A stretch of DNA of 63,981 nt, counting the filler, from a bacterium (GTDB lineage Bacteria > UBA9089 > CG2-30-40-21 > SBAY01), in NCBI GenBank assembly GCA_040757115.1. It is 6 parts of 6 records of this genome, joined end to end, with 100 filler letters (N's around TTAATTAATTAA, not from the genome) between each part and the next. Parts side by side here need not be neighbours in the genome. Positions count along the whole stretch, not along the records: positions 29,009 to 32,111 come from JBFLYA010000347.1; positions 32,212 to 35,308 come from JBFLYA010000348.1; positions 35,409 to 60,836 come from JBFLYA010000035.1; 3 more parts are not named here. The stretch is one strand, 5' to 3'. A program made the translations under genes and the position numbers. The notes under the pieces were generated by a model that was given only the letters and a program-made list of their open reading frames with translations, made no database searches and was not told the origin of the DNA. Shown one piece after another: positions 29,011-40,642 of this stretch (position 1 is the stretch's first letter; each line of letters begins with the position of its first letter).

Positions 29011-30012
29011 AAGGTAGTTGAGCAGTATTTCTATTATCCCTTTGGTGGTGGCGGACCTGTCGGCGGACCAACATTTACAGGCAAGGAATTGGATGACAGC
29101 GGCCTGTTCTACTTCGGCGCCAGATACTACGACCCGGCACTGGGCAGGTTTATTTCACCGGATCCTGTAGATATAGTTGGTTCAAATCCGTATGTTTATT
29201 GTTATAACAATCCACTTGTTTATGTAGACCCCAACGGTGAGTTTGCTTGGTGGGCAGCATTCCTGATTGGTGGTTTTGTTAGTGCGGGTATAACCTATTT
29301 TGAAACTGGTGAATTCAGCCTTGAATCGTTCGTTATAGGTGGAATGATGAGTCTGATGACCTATGGGATAGCATTCTCAGGAGCAATGGATGCAGGAGTA
29401 GGTGCTGGTGTAGCAGAAACATTTGCCTCAAATAGGGTAATAGCCTCTGGTATTACTCAAATCATTATGTCCACAGACTTCGTGCGAAACGAATTAGGAA
29501 TAGATAACTTCTGGGAATCTGTATTCGCTTCAGCCTTTATACAAGCAGGGATTGAAACAAGGTTGAATTGGGATAAAAATGTGAGTTTATTAGCTACGAA
29601 TGAAGATGAGGTGAAGAATGCCATTGATCCTACTAAAGGAGGAAAATTTACACAGGCTAAGGTTTCTGGAAGATACGCACTTGACGAAGGCATGCATGGT
29701 TTTAAGAAGGTTGTTCGAGGGAATGATGTTTTAGGATATATTAGTCATGATAAGGTTCTGGGAAAGGTACCATTGACGACTCATACAGGGGTAATCACGA
29801 GGCAAAGTATTACTTCCTCTTTTGCCTCCAGGTTTAGATATATTTTAGAAGGAGTATGTCATCAGGATGTAGGTAGGGCACTTGGTATAGTTCCTACTCA
29901 ATTATTTACTAAACAAATAGATGTCTGGCTTACAATGGGTGTTTATGGCTCTATGGGAGGGCCTGGTGCATTACCTGCATACCTATTAATTCAGTATGAG
30001 CGGTATCGATGA
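29011..30012 (+). CDS. RHS repeat-associated core with C-terminal extension (5' end lost in the gap)
   Basis: YYPFG...FTGKELDDSGLFYFGARYYDPALGRFISPDP...NPYVYCYNNPLVYVDPNG. Confidence 0.92.
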   Translation, partial: KVVEQYFYYPFGGGGPVGGPTFTGKELDDSGLFYFGARYYDPALGRFISPDPVDIVGSNPYVYCYNNPLVYVDPNGEFAWWAAFLIGGFVSAGITYFETGEFSLESFVIGGMMSLMTYGIAFSGAMDAGVGAGVAETFASNRVIASGITQIIMSTDFVRNELGIDNFWESVFASAFIQAGIETRLNWDKNVSLLATNEDEVKNAIDPTKGGKFTQAKVSGRYALDEGMHGFKKVVRGNDVLGYISHDKVLGKVPLTTHTGVITRQSITSSFASRFRYILEGVCHQDVGRALGIVPTQLFTKQIDVWLTMGVYGSMGGPGALPAYLLIQYERYR

Positions 30013-30034
30013 GAAGGAGATAAAGGAGAAAGTG

Positions 30035-31442
30035 ATGAAAAGAGTTCTTTATCTCTTTTTGGTAATATCTTTAATAATATTAGGGTGTGCAGGGATGAGT
30101 ATTAAAGGGAATACTGAACAGGGGGTGAAACAATTAGAGGGAAAAGTAGTTATAGCCAAAGAGGTATGGGAAAAAGAAAGAGGAAAAATGGTACGAAAAG
30201 GATGCCAATTATATGTTATGAATGCTGATGGTAGCAATTATCATCTACTCCAAGATGTATTTTTTCAGAATATTGAAACTCCAAGATGGTCACCAGATGG
30301 AAAAAAGATTGTTTTCCATGTATACTCGTATGAGAAAGGAGGGGTAAATAACCAAATATATATTATAAATGAAGATGGAAGTGAGTTTAAAGAAATATGT
30401 AAAGGGGGAGGTAGTCCATCTTTTTTCCAAAATGGAAAGATGATTGCCTTTAGAAAAGAGAATGAGATATACACTATAAAAATTGATGGTACTGATCTTA
30501 AACAGTTAACCAATGAAGGAGAGAAAGAAAATGAAACGGGGATATATCTTTCTAAAGATAAACATGATGTATCTCCAGATGGTAAAAAAATTCTCTTTAG
30601 GGGATGCAAAAAGCATATTGAAACTTCTAAATGGGAACCAGGTAATATTTTTATTATGAATGTTGATGGTACTGCTCTAAAACAAATTATTTCGACCTGT
30701 GCGGTTAGAAATTATCAAGGGCAATGGAATAAGAAGTATGATACCATGTGTCCCCCGCTGGCGGGGGTTAGGGGGTGGAATGTGAAATCTGACAAATCTA
30801 ACAATTACGCATCCAATAAGGAATTTCAACCATTCGCAAAGAGGATTTAGAGTATTGAGATTTGCGGATGATGAGGTATTAAATCAGATAGAAGATGTGA
30901 CAAGAAATATTGAAATGGTGATTGAAGAGATTTCCACCCCCTTAATCCCCCGCCAGCGGGGAAGATTTCAGATTCCATCAGTGGGGGGAACTCAAATTGG
31001 CAGTCTATAACCTAACCGCACAGGTCGAATTATTTTTGATGATGTGGTAGAAGTCGATTATGATAGTACCCCCCGATGGTCGCCAGAGGGGAATCAAATT
31101 GTTTTCATTGGAAGAGAAAAAGTCTCTCCAAAGGGAATAAATCAAATAGATGGAATATATGTAATAAATAGTAATGGTACAAATTTAAGGAAGATTGCTG
31201 AACAAAGAGGGTTGGGAGGATATAAAGAAGTTTGTTGGTCATCTGATGGTAAAAAAATTATGTATACTTACTATGTTTCTACAGATTGGCCTGTTATGTT
31301 GTGGGCAAATAGAACGGAATTACATGTAATAAATGCAGATGGTACAAATAATAGACTAATTAGAAAAATTGTAGATCCTAAAGTTGACTGGTGTCAGACA
31401 GAGACCACATTTGATTGGTGGACACCAAGAAAGGGGGAATAA
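30035..31442 (+). pseudogene. TolB-like (PD40) beta-propeller lipoprotein interrupted by a MITE
   Basis: Lipobox ILGC; PRWSPDGKKIVF repeats; removing 30693-31035 restores one 354-aa frame. Confidence 0.88.
30693..31027. mobile_element. CGACCTGTGCGGTTAG-ended element with a DUF559 gene remnant
   Basis: Perfect 16-bp TIR; 8-bp TSD AATTATTT; internal GFRVLRFADDEVLNQIEDV between CCCCCGCTGGCGGGGG palindromes. Confidence 0.9.
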
Positions 31443-31447
31443 TTTTG

Positions 31448-32111
31448 TGGGTCGGGGTGTAGGGTCGGGTCGGGGTGTAGGGTCGTCGGGGTGTAGCGTC
31501 GGGGTGTAGGGTGTAGTGTAGGGTCGGCGGTAGTGTAGGGTCGCATCTTGAATTGTGAATTGATATTTTACATAACTTATCGTTAATAAAGGAATAGTAA
31601 AATTTACTTTTTCTTTCTCTTAATTGCTCTTTGAAAATTAAACATCCCTGATAATAGAGATTGCACCATTTTTTAGAGACCTGAATCCATCTAAAGGCGG
31701 TAAGATTACATATAAGGATTTAGGTGATAAGTGGGTAATGAGTTGGGAAGATGTACCGTTGTACTGGCCAGGTGATAAAAAAGAGACATTTCAGGTAATA
31801 CTGAATGTAGACGGTTCGATTATATTTCAGTATAAAGACCTACAACATGTAGATTCTTATGTAAAAGCAGGGATAGAAGATGAGCGAGGAAAAGAGGGAA
31901 TAGGAAATGTGTAGGGAAATGTGTAGGGTCGGGAAATGTGTAGGGGAAATGTGGTGTGTGTAGGGTCGCATCTTGAATTGGGGTGTGTGTAGGGTCGCAT
32001 CTTGAATTGTGAATTGATATTTTACATAACTTATTGTTAATAAAGGAATAGTAAAATTTACTTTTTCTTTCTCTTAATTGCTCTTTGAAAATTAAACATC
32101 CCTGATAATAG
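31448..32111 (+). repeat. 125-bp direct repeat (31533-31657 and 31987-32111), each preceded by stuttered partial copies of its start
   Basis: One mismatch between the copies; GTGTAGGGTCG fragments of variable length upstream of each. Confidence 0.8.
31660..31914 (+). pseudogene. Startless fragment of an extracellular nidogen-like domain
   Basis: IAPFFRDL...ITY...SWEDVP...TFQVILNVDGSIIFQY. Confidence 0.55.
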
Positions 32112-32424
32112 NNNNNNNNNNNNNNNNNNNNNNNNNNNNNNNNNNNNNNNNNNNNTTAATTAATTAANNNNNNNNNNNNNNNNNNNNNNNNNNNNNNNNN
32201 NNNNNNNNNNNCTAATTCACTAATCTCTAATTCGCTTTTTGGTATGTGGAATTTGGTGCTTATTTGAGATTTGGTGCTTGGGATTTGGGATTTTTTCCTT
32301 ATCCACTCTGAGTAAAATTTTGACTAATAACTGCTATAACATCCAGTGTTAGTGAACAGTGTCAGTGAAGAAAGATTGAATTCCTTAACTGACACTGACA
32401 CTAATCACTGACACTTATTTTCAG

Positions 32425-32580
32425 TGGGGGAGATAAAAAAATTAAAAATCTATGTCCTCTGCGAAATTTGCGGATATTTTCAGGTGAAACGCTCATACCC
32501 TTGCAGGTCACAAATGACGATGAAAATGTAGTTTTGTAAATCAAACAATTACAACAACTTACGAACATTTTCAGGAGAAA
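32425..32580 (+). repeat. Array: module C tail - site - module D - half-site
   Basis: Site at 32477-32527, half-site at 32568-32580; module D shares AATTACAACAACTTAC.AACA with 93-113. Confidence 0.8.
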
Positions 32581-33424
32581 ATGAAGGTTTTGGATGAAAT
32601 GAAGGTAAAAAATGCAGTTATTGGAGGAAGTAAGGCATATACTTTACTTAATGAAAATAAAATTATCGGTGAAAGGATAGGGAATGTTCAAACACCTTTT
32701 GGAAAAAGTCAGGTCATATTTTTAGTCAAATGGGATGATATTGAGTTTTTATTTCTGACAAGACATGGTGAAAAAGATTATGATGGGAGTAATGATGATA
32801 GTTTTGAAATCCTATCAGAGATGGCTAAAGTAGATAAAAGAGTAAAGATTGTTCAATTTCGCAAGAATTTTGGTCAGACAGCCGCTATCTCAGCAGGAAT
32901 TGAATATTCGCAAGGAGATATTTTGATTCTTATGGATGCGGATTTACAGATGCCCGGAAGATATACCCCGACTTCTTGAAAAAATAGATGAAGGAGACGA
33001 TGTAGTTAGTGGTTGGCGAAAGAATCGCCAGGATAAGTTAATCACGCGAAAAATCCCTTCTATTTTAGCTAATAAATTAATTTCTTTGGTGACTGGAGTT
33101 CATTTCCATGATTATGGTTGTACCCTCAAGGCATACAACAAAAGAGATATAATAAAGGATATTAAGCTTTATGGTGAGATGCATCGGTTTATTCCGGTTT
33201 ATGCTGCCTGGTGGGGTGGAGCGAAGATAACCGAGATAGTAGTTACTCATCATCCCAGACGCTATGGTAAGACGAAATATGGTCTTTCAAGAACCATAAA
33301 GGTCATTCTGGATCTTTGGACACTAAAATTTCTTGGTTCTTACAGCACCAAACCTATCTATACCTTTGGTGGGTTTGGTATTCTGTTATGTTTTGTAGGG
33401 ATAATAAATCTTGAGAGGGGATAA
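32581..33424 (+). pseudogene. Chimera of an MTAP-like N-terminus and a frameshifted family-2 glycosyltransferase (ArnC-like)
   Basis: AVIGGS...TPFG...FLTRHG fused to DGSND...NFGQTAA...MDADLQ; frameshift near 32950; DYGCTLKAY, GEMHRFIP. Confidence 0.75.
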
Positions 33425-33431
33425 AAAAAGG

Positions 33432-35288
33432 GTGTGTGGAATTTGTGGATATTTGACATTTGGAGAAAAGACAGTGGAGAAAGAAATCATCCACCAGATG
33501 TGTGAGGTAATTCGTCATCGAGGCCCTGATGATGAAGGGATTTATCTGGAAAAGAATATTAGTCTGGGGATGAGAAGATTAAATATTATTGACCTTGTTA
33601 CCGGACATCAACCTATTCATAACGAAGATAAAACTATTTTTGTAGTCTATAATGGTGAGATTTACAATTTCCCGGAGATACGGGAGTCTTTAGAAAAAAA
33701 TGGGCATCGTTTCAATACCCAGACCGATACGGAAGTTATCGTTCACCTCTATGAGGAAATGGGAACGAAATGTGTAGAAAGACTTAATGGCATGTTCGGA
33801 TTTGCTCTCTGGGATAAAAAAAGAAATAGCCTCTTTTTAGCCCTTGATAGAATAGGTATTAAACCACTTCATTATGTTGTTGTAAATAATCAATTTATCT
33901 TTGGTTCAGAGATAAAAGCAATATTAGTCCATCCGGATGTAAATAGAGAGATTGATTTGTCTTCATTAGATAAATATCTTACCTATGAATATATTCCTGC
34001 TCCTAATACTATTTTTAAAGGGATTAAGAAATTACCACCTGGCTCTTTTATGATTATTAATCCAGCTGGAGAGATAAAAACCGAACAATACGGGGATATT
34101 AATTTTAGTTATGATGAGAAATTAAAGGAAGAAGAGGGATATCAAGAAGAACTTTTATCATTGCTTAAGGCTTCAGTAAAAAGGATGTTAATTAGTGATG
34201 TGCCGTTGGGAGTTTTTTTAAGTGGTGGCATTGACTCAAGTACGATTACTGCTTTGATGTCAGAATTAGTGCCAGGACAGGTCAAGACCTTTTCTATCGG
34301 CTTTGAAGATAGGAGTTTTGATGAATCTGGCTATGCCCGTAAGGTGGCTCAATACTTTGGCACCAGGCATTATGAAGAAATATTGAGTCCTAACAAACTA
34401 ATAGAACTTGTTCCGATTATAGCTGATGTGTTAGATGAGCCTTTAGGAGATGCCTCAATTATTCCTACCTACTTACTTTCTCAATTTACTCGCCAGTATG
34501 TAACTGTAGCTTTAGGTGGAGATGGAGGGGATGAATTATTTGCTGGCTATCCTACTTATCCAGCCCATCGTTTAGCTCATTCTTATGAAAAACTACCAGG
34601 ATTTCTTCGAGAAGGTATGATTGAGAAGATAATCAAAAAATTACCTGTATCTACTTCTAATATCAGCCTTGACTTTCAGGCTAAAAAATTTATTTCAGGC
34701 ATCCCGTATTCTCCAGAAATCCGCAATTATATCTGGTTAGGCTCATTTAGCCCCATTGAAAAAAAAGACTTGCTTTCTAATGAAATTTGTGATATACTAA
34801 AAACTACTAACTCATTTGAAGACATAGAAATGTATCTGGCAAAGACTAAAACTGAGGATTTTCTTGACAGATTGCTTTACTTAGATATGAAATTTTATCT
34901 TCAGGAAGATATTTTAGTCAAAGTTGATAGAGCCAGTATGGCTAATTCACTGGAGGTCAGGCCACCTCTATTAGACCATACCTTTGTAGAGTATGTGGCT
35001 AATTTACCCCATCAACTCAAATTGAAAGGGTTGACCACAAAGTATATTTTTAAAAAAGCAGTGAAACATTTACTTCCCAAAGGAATAGCGAGCAGAAAAA
35101 AGAAAGGATTTGGCATCCCAGTGGCTAAATGGTTTAAGAATGAATTAAAGGGATTCGTTTTAGATATTTTTGCTGAAAGTAAAATCAAAAAGGAAGGTTT
35201 TTTTAACTATTCTTATATTAACAGGTTACTTAATGACCATTTTGAAAATAAAAAAGGTAACCGTTCAGGCTATATATCAAAAGTGTAA
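33432..35288 (+). CDS. asnB: Asparagine synthase (glutamine-hydrolysing) family; C-terminus replaced by an inserted element
   Basis: CGICG start, HRGPDD, NGEIYN, LSGGIDSS, GDGGDELFAGY and KVDRASMANSLEVR. Confidence 0.92.
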   Translation: MCGICGYLTFGEKTVEKEIIHQMCEVIRHRGPDDEGIYLEKNISLGMRRLNIIDLVTGHQPIHNEDKTIFVVYNGEIYNFPEIRESLEKNGHRFNTQTDTEVIVHLYEEMGTKCVERLNGMFGFALWDKKRNSLFLALDRIGIKPLHYVVVNNQFIFGSEIKAILVHPDVNREIDLSSLDKYLTYEYIPAPNTIFKGIKKLPPGSFMIINPAGEIKTEQYGDINFSYDEKLKEEEGYQEELLSLLKASVKRMLISDVPLGVFLSGGIDSSTITALMSELVPGQVKTFSIGFEDRSFDESGYARKVAQYFGTRHYEEILSPNKLIELVPIIADVLDEPLGDASIIPTYLLSQFTRQYVTVALGGDGGDELFAGYPTYPAHRLAHSYEKLPGFLREGMIEKIIKKLPVSTSNISLDFQAKKFISGIPYSPEIRNYIWLGSFSPIEKKDLLSNEICDILKTTNSFEDIEMYLAKTKTEDFLDRLLYLDMKFYLQEDILVKVDRASMANSLEVRPPLLDHTFVEYVANLPHQLKLKGLTTKYIFKKAVKHLLPKGIASRKKKGFGIPVAKWFKNELKGFVLDIFAESKIKKEGFFNYSYINRLLNDHFENKKGNRSGYISKV

Positions 35289-35408
35289 GAAAGGGGATAA
35301 GGAGATAANNNNNNNNNNNNNNNNNNNNNNNNNNNNNNNNNNNNNNNNNNNNTTAATTAATTAANNNNNNNNNNNNNNNNNNNNNNNNNNNNNNNNNNNN
35401 NNNNNNNN

Positions 35409-38400
35409 TCGTATCTATTGCGCTAATTCTAATCTTATGCCTGCCTTCCTGAGCAATCGAAAATGTAGCGTCGTATTTCTTCCATTCCTCATCATCTATT
35501 TTGCATAATACCTCAGCCACACCCGAGGCATTATCACTGGTTATTATTGAAAATCTGGTATGCGGATGAACAAAACACCCGGATTTACGGTCTATCTCAA
35601 TCTTTATTTCTGGTGGTGTGTTGTCAACAATGACATTAACTACCTTTTCCTTTGATTGATTGCCAATATTATCCGCTACTCGAAATTCAATCTGATGACT
35701 ACCTTCAAGGGCAATCGAGAATGCGGCATTGTATCTCTTCCATTCATCATTATCTATTCTGAACAACACCTCCATAACTCCAGAGGCATCATCACGGCTG
35801 AGTAACGAAAATTTGGTCTGCGAATGAACAAAACAACCAGATTTGCGGTCTATATCCATCTGGACCTCCGGTGGTGTGCTATCAACAATAACATCGATTA
35901 TCTGTTCCTTTGATGGGTTGCCAACATTATCTATGGCTTGAAATCCAATTCGGTGACCGCCTTCCTGCGAAATCGAAAATGTGCCGGGGTATTTCTTCCA
36001 TTCCTCATTATCTATTTTGCATAGAACCTCTGCTACACCAGCGAGCTCATCAATGGCTGTTAATGAAAATCCAGTCTGCGGATGGACGAAACTGCCAAAT
36101 TTGCGGTCTATATCCATTTTTACCACAGGCGGTGTCTGGTCAACAATGACATTCGTTACCTGTTCCTTTGATTGATTGCCAAGACTATCTATTGCCCGAA
36201 ATTCAATCTGATGGATACCTTCCTGCGAAATCGAAAATGTGTCTGTGTATCTCTTCCACTCCTTATTATCAAGCCTGTATAATACCTCATCCACACCAGA
36301 GGCATTATCACTGGCGATTAATGAGAATTTGGTCTGCGGATGAACAAAACTGCCTGATTTGCGGTCTATATCCATCTGGACTTCTGGTGCTGTATTGTCA
36401 ACAATGACATCGATTATCTTTTCCTTTGATTGATTGCCAAGGGTATCCATTGCCTGGAATCCAATCTGATGGTTACCTTCTTGAGAGAGTGAAAATGTGC
36501 CACTGTAGTTTTTCCATGCCTCGTTATCTATTTTGACTATGAACTCAGCTACACCCGAGGCATCGTCACTGGCGATTAATGAAAATTTGGTGTCCGAACG
36601 AACAAAACAGCCTGATTTGTGGTCTATATCCATCTTTATCCCTGGCGGTGTCCTATCCACAATAACATTGACTATCTTTTCCTTTGATTGGTTGCCAACA
36701 TTGTCTATGGCTTGAAATCTAATCCAGTGACTACCTTCCTGGAAAATGGAAAATGTGCCTGCGTATCTCATCCACGCCTCATTATCAATCTTGACTATGA
36801 CCTCAGCTACACCCGCGGCATCATCAATACCGATTAATGAAAATTGGGTGTCCGAACGAACAAAACTGCCTGATTTGCGGTCTATATCCATCTGGACATC
36901 TGGGGGGGTATTATCAACAATGACATCGATTGTCTTTTCTTTTGATTGATTGCCAACTGTATCTATGGCTCGGAATCCAATCTGATGAATACCCTCCTGA
37001 ACTATCGAGAACGCTCCTGTGTATCTCTTCCACTCCTCATTATCAATCTTGCATTGCACCTCAGCCACACCCGCGGCATTATCACTGGCGATTAACGAGA
37101 ATTTGGTTTGTGGATGAACAAAACAACCAGATTTGCGGTCTATATCAATTTTTATCTCCGGTGGTGTGTTATCAACGATGACATCAATCACCTTCTCTTT
37201 TGATTGATTACCAACCGTATCTATGGCTCGGAATCCAATCTGATGACTGCCTTCCTGCAAAATCGAAAATGTGCCCGTGTATCTCTTCCACTCCTCATTA
37301 TCTATTTTGCATTGCACCTCAGCCACACCCGCGGCATTATCACTGGCGATTAATGAGAATTTGGTCTGCGGATGAACAAAATTGCCTGATTTGCGGTCTA
37401 TATCAATTTTTACCTCTGGTGGCGTGTTATCAACAATAATATCAAGGACATTTTCCTTTGATTGATTGCCAACCGTATCTATAGCCTGGAATCCAATCTG
37501 ATGACTGCCTTCTTGCAAAATCGAAAATGCCCCGGTGTATTTCTTCCATTCCTTATCATCTATTTTGTATAACACCTCAGCCACACCTGCGGTACTATCA
37601 CTGGCGGCTAATGAAAATATGGTCTGCGGATGAACAAAACTGCCTGATTTGCGGTCTATATCCATCTGGACCTCTGGCGGTGTCCTGTCAACAATGACAT
37701 CGATTATCTTTTCTTTTGATTGATTGCCAAGCGTATCTACGGCTCGGAATCCAATCTGATGAATACCCTCCTGAACTATCGAGAACGCTCCCGTGTATCT
37801 CTTCCATTCCTCATTATCAATCTTGCATTGCACCTCAGCCACACCCGCGGCACTATCACTGGCGATTAACGAGAATTTGGTCTGCGGATGAACAAAACAA
37901 CCAGATTTGCGGTCTATATCAATTTTTATCTCCGGTGGTGTGTGATCAACGATGACATCAATTACTTTCTCTTTTGATTGATTACCAACCGTATCTACGG
38001 CTCGGAATCCAATCTGATGGCTGCCTTCCTGCGAAATCGAGAATGCGCCCGTGTATCTCTTCCACTCCTCATTATCAATCTTGCATTGCACCTCAGCCAC
38101 ACCCGCGGCATTATCACTGGCGATTAGTGAAAATTTGGTCTGCGGATGAACAAAATTGCCTGATTTGCGGTCTATATCAATTTTTATCTCCGGTGGTGTG
38201 TGATCAACGATGACATCAATTACTTTCTCTTTTGATTGATTACCAACCGTATCTACGGCTCGGAATCCAATCTGATGGCTGCCTTCCTGCGAAATCGAAA
38301 ATGCGCCCGTGTATCTTTTCCACTCTTCATTATCAATCTTGCATTGCACCTCAGCCACACCTGCGGCATTATCACTGGCGATTAATGAGAATTTGGTCTG

Positions 38401-39993
38401 CGGATGAACAAAATTGCCTGATTTGCGGTCTATATCCATCTGGACCTCTGGCGGTGTCCTATCAACAATGACATCAACCATTTTCTCCATTGATTGATTG
38501 CCAACCGTATCTACAGCGCGGAATCCAATTTGATGGTTACCTTCCTGTGAAATCGAGAATGCGCCCGTGTATCTCTTCCACTCCTCATTATCTATTTTGC
38601 ATTGCACCTCCGCCACACCTGCGGCATTATCACTGGCGGCTAATGAAAATATGGTCTGCGGATGAACAAAACTGCCTGATTTGTGGTCTATATCAATCTG
38701 GACTTCTGGCGGTATGTTGTCAACCACGACGATAAACTTATCTATCTCTCCAGAGTTACCAAAGGCATCAACGCCTTTATATTTAATCGTATGAGTTCCT
38801 GCTTTGTTAAATGATATTGGCTGATGATAGGTATAAAAATCGTCGTTGTCTATAGCTGCTATGATGCGGACAATGCTGGTATCGGCGTCTAATGGTTTCA
38901 GGGTATATTGGCAAGATATGTGGGCATAGAGAATGCTCTCCTTTTTAAATAGGGGGCTATCTGGCACTATTTCCAGCTGTAGTTTTCTAACAATCCTTAA
39001 TATTCTGGCATTACTGAATTTGCCTTCAAGCCCGGATTTATCAATACTCCTCACACGCCAGTAGTATTTTCCTACGGGTAAGGTTGTAGAAACAACACTT
39101 GTTGATTCTGTGCCTTGGACTCTATAGACCACATTATTAAATGCCTCGTCTTTCGCTATCTCAAGGTAATATTTTGCCGCCTCAGGAACAGACTTCCATG
39201 AAAAGGTTAGCGTCAGGATACCTGTAATAAAATCATCTACCGGTTTAATTAATTCTGGAGATTTTGGAAGTGGTTTTGGAGGTGATGGTAGTTCTCCTTT
39301 GACGGATTGAATTCCAAAGCCGGCAGGGACATTGACAGCTTTGCCAGTAGATGATGCCAGAACCTCTCCTTGAAATACAGATATGCTGGAGAGGCCATCG
39401 GGTGTGTATCCTATCTCGAATTCAGTTCCTCTAACCCCGCAAAAGACACCTGGGGTCTCAATCTCAAAATTAGAGCCAGTCGTCTTTGTTCCTTTAAACG
39501 ACATTTTACCGTGAAGGAGTTTTACCTTTGTATTGACTGCTTTAACCTTTTCCGCATAAACGCTGTGTTTAAGTACCAATGATGTCTCTGGTTTTAGTTG
39601 CAGGATACTTTTATCCTCAAATTCAATTTGAGCCGTTGAATCTGGACCCACAACAACCTCATCATGGGGATAGACATTATCTCCTCTACGGAGATTAACA
39701 TACTTATTTGTCCCAATCCTTTTAATTGTAACATCACCAAATACTTCCGTAACTTTCACCTGTGGCACTTCGGGTATTTTAATCATATCTCCGGGGAGAA
39801 TAAAATGAGGATTTTTGAGTTTGTTATAATCGGCAATAGCCATCCATAACCACGGAGTCTGCAAATACTTTTCTGAGATATCCCACAATGTATCCCCGTC
39901 TTTAGTCTTGTGAATCAAGAGTTCTTGTGCAGAGACTAATGAGACTAAACTAACCATACAGGTTGTAAAAAGAAACATTCTAAAGATTTTCAT
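35409..39993 (-). CDS. Secreted LysM-FecR-FN3-like protein with at least 13 Ig-like 86-aa repeats (3' end lost in the gap)
   Basis: Signal peptide; GDTLWDIS..YL..PWLW..I...N..KNPHFILPG; ETP...GVRGTEF; D.TPP repeats at 258-bp spacing. Confidence 0.88.
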
Positions 39994-40013
39994 GATTATT
40001 ACCTCCTTTTTTG

Positions 40014-40391
40014 GTAACCGTTCACCACAAGATGCCACAGAGACGCAGAGAAAAAATTAAAATCTATTCACCAGAAACAGAAATTTCCGTAAGCGTTCAG
40101 GTGGTGTAAGAAAAGGAGATATGGAAATAAAGGAGATAAGGGGATATATTTAGGAGTTTTTGGTGAAAGGATTAGGGTTAGGAGGCTGGTTTGGTTTAGG
40201 GGTTATAAAAGTTAGTCTTTTTGCATAACCATTTTGCCCAATTATCCAGGGAATTTATAATCTCCACATCTCCCCAATCCCCTTATCTCCCTTCTTACAC
40301 TTCTAATATATAACCTGAACGGTTACAAAAAAAGATATTTTCCTCTCTGTTTCTCTGCGTCTCTGCGGTAAAGGATTACCTGAACGGTTAC
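40014..40391. mobile_element. Nested GTAA-ended elements in the 5' UTR of the LysM gene
   Basis: Outer GTAACCGTTCA/TGAACGGTTAC, inner GTAAGCGTTCAGG/CCTGAACGGTTAC. Confidence 0.7.
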
Positions 40392-40418
40392 TAAAAATCT
40401 CTTTCCGGAAACATTTTT

Positions 40419-40500
40419 ATCATAGCATATCTTCACTTTTCTGTCAATAAGTTTTTTGCTGTATTTTAAACTTGACAGGAATGCGTGTTATAAGTATAAT
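40419..40500. promoter_or_regulatory. Back-to-back sigma70 promoters
   Basis: Minus: TTGACA-17-TATGAT (40447-40419); plus: TTGACA-17-TATAAT (40472-40500). Confidence 0.7.
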
Positions 40501-40642
40501 AAATGAGTAATTGGATAATTGGTAACTAATCACCCGAATAGGGCTTCACGAAATTATAAAGTAAGTAATCGGTTAAATGGTAACTGGTAACTAATTACCA
40601 TTCACCAGTTACCAATTACCAAAAAAAGGAGGCAAAGGTAAA

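Noticed and set aside
35409-38730. Diversity-generating retroelement template/variable repeats
   Set aside because: No reverse transcriptase; the repeats are in-frame tandem domains and differences are not confined to adenines.
35910-38735. Series of 79-83-aa plus-strand ORFs
   Set aside because: Antisense shadows of the 258-bp Ig-like repeats.
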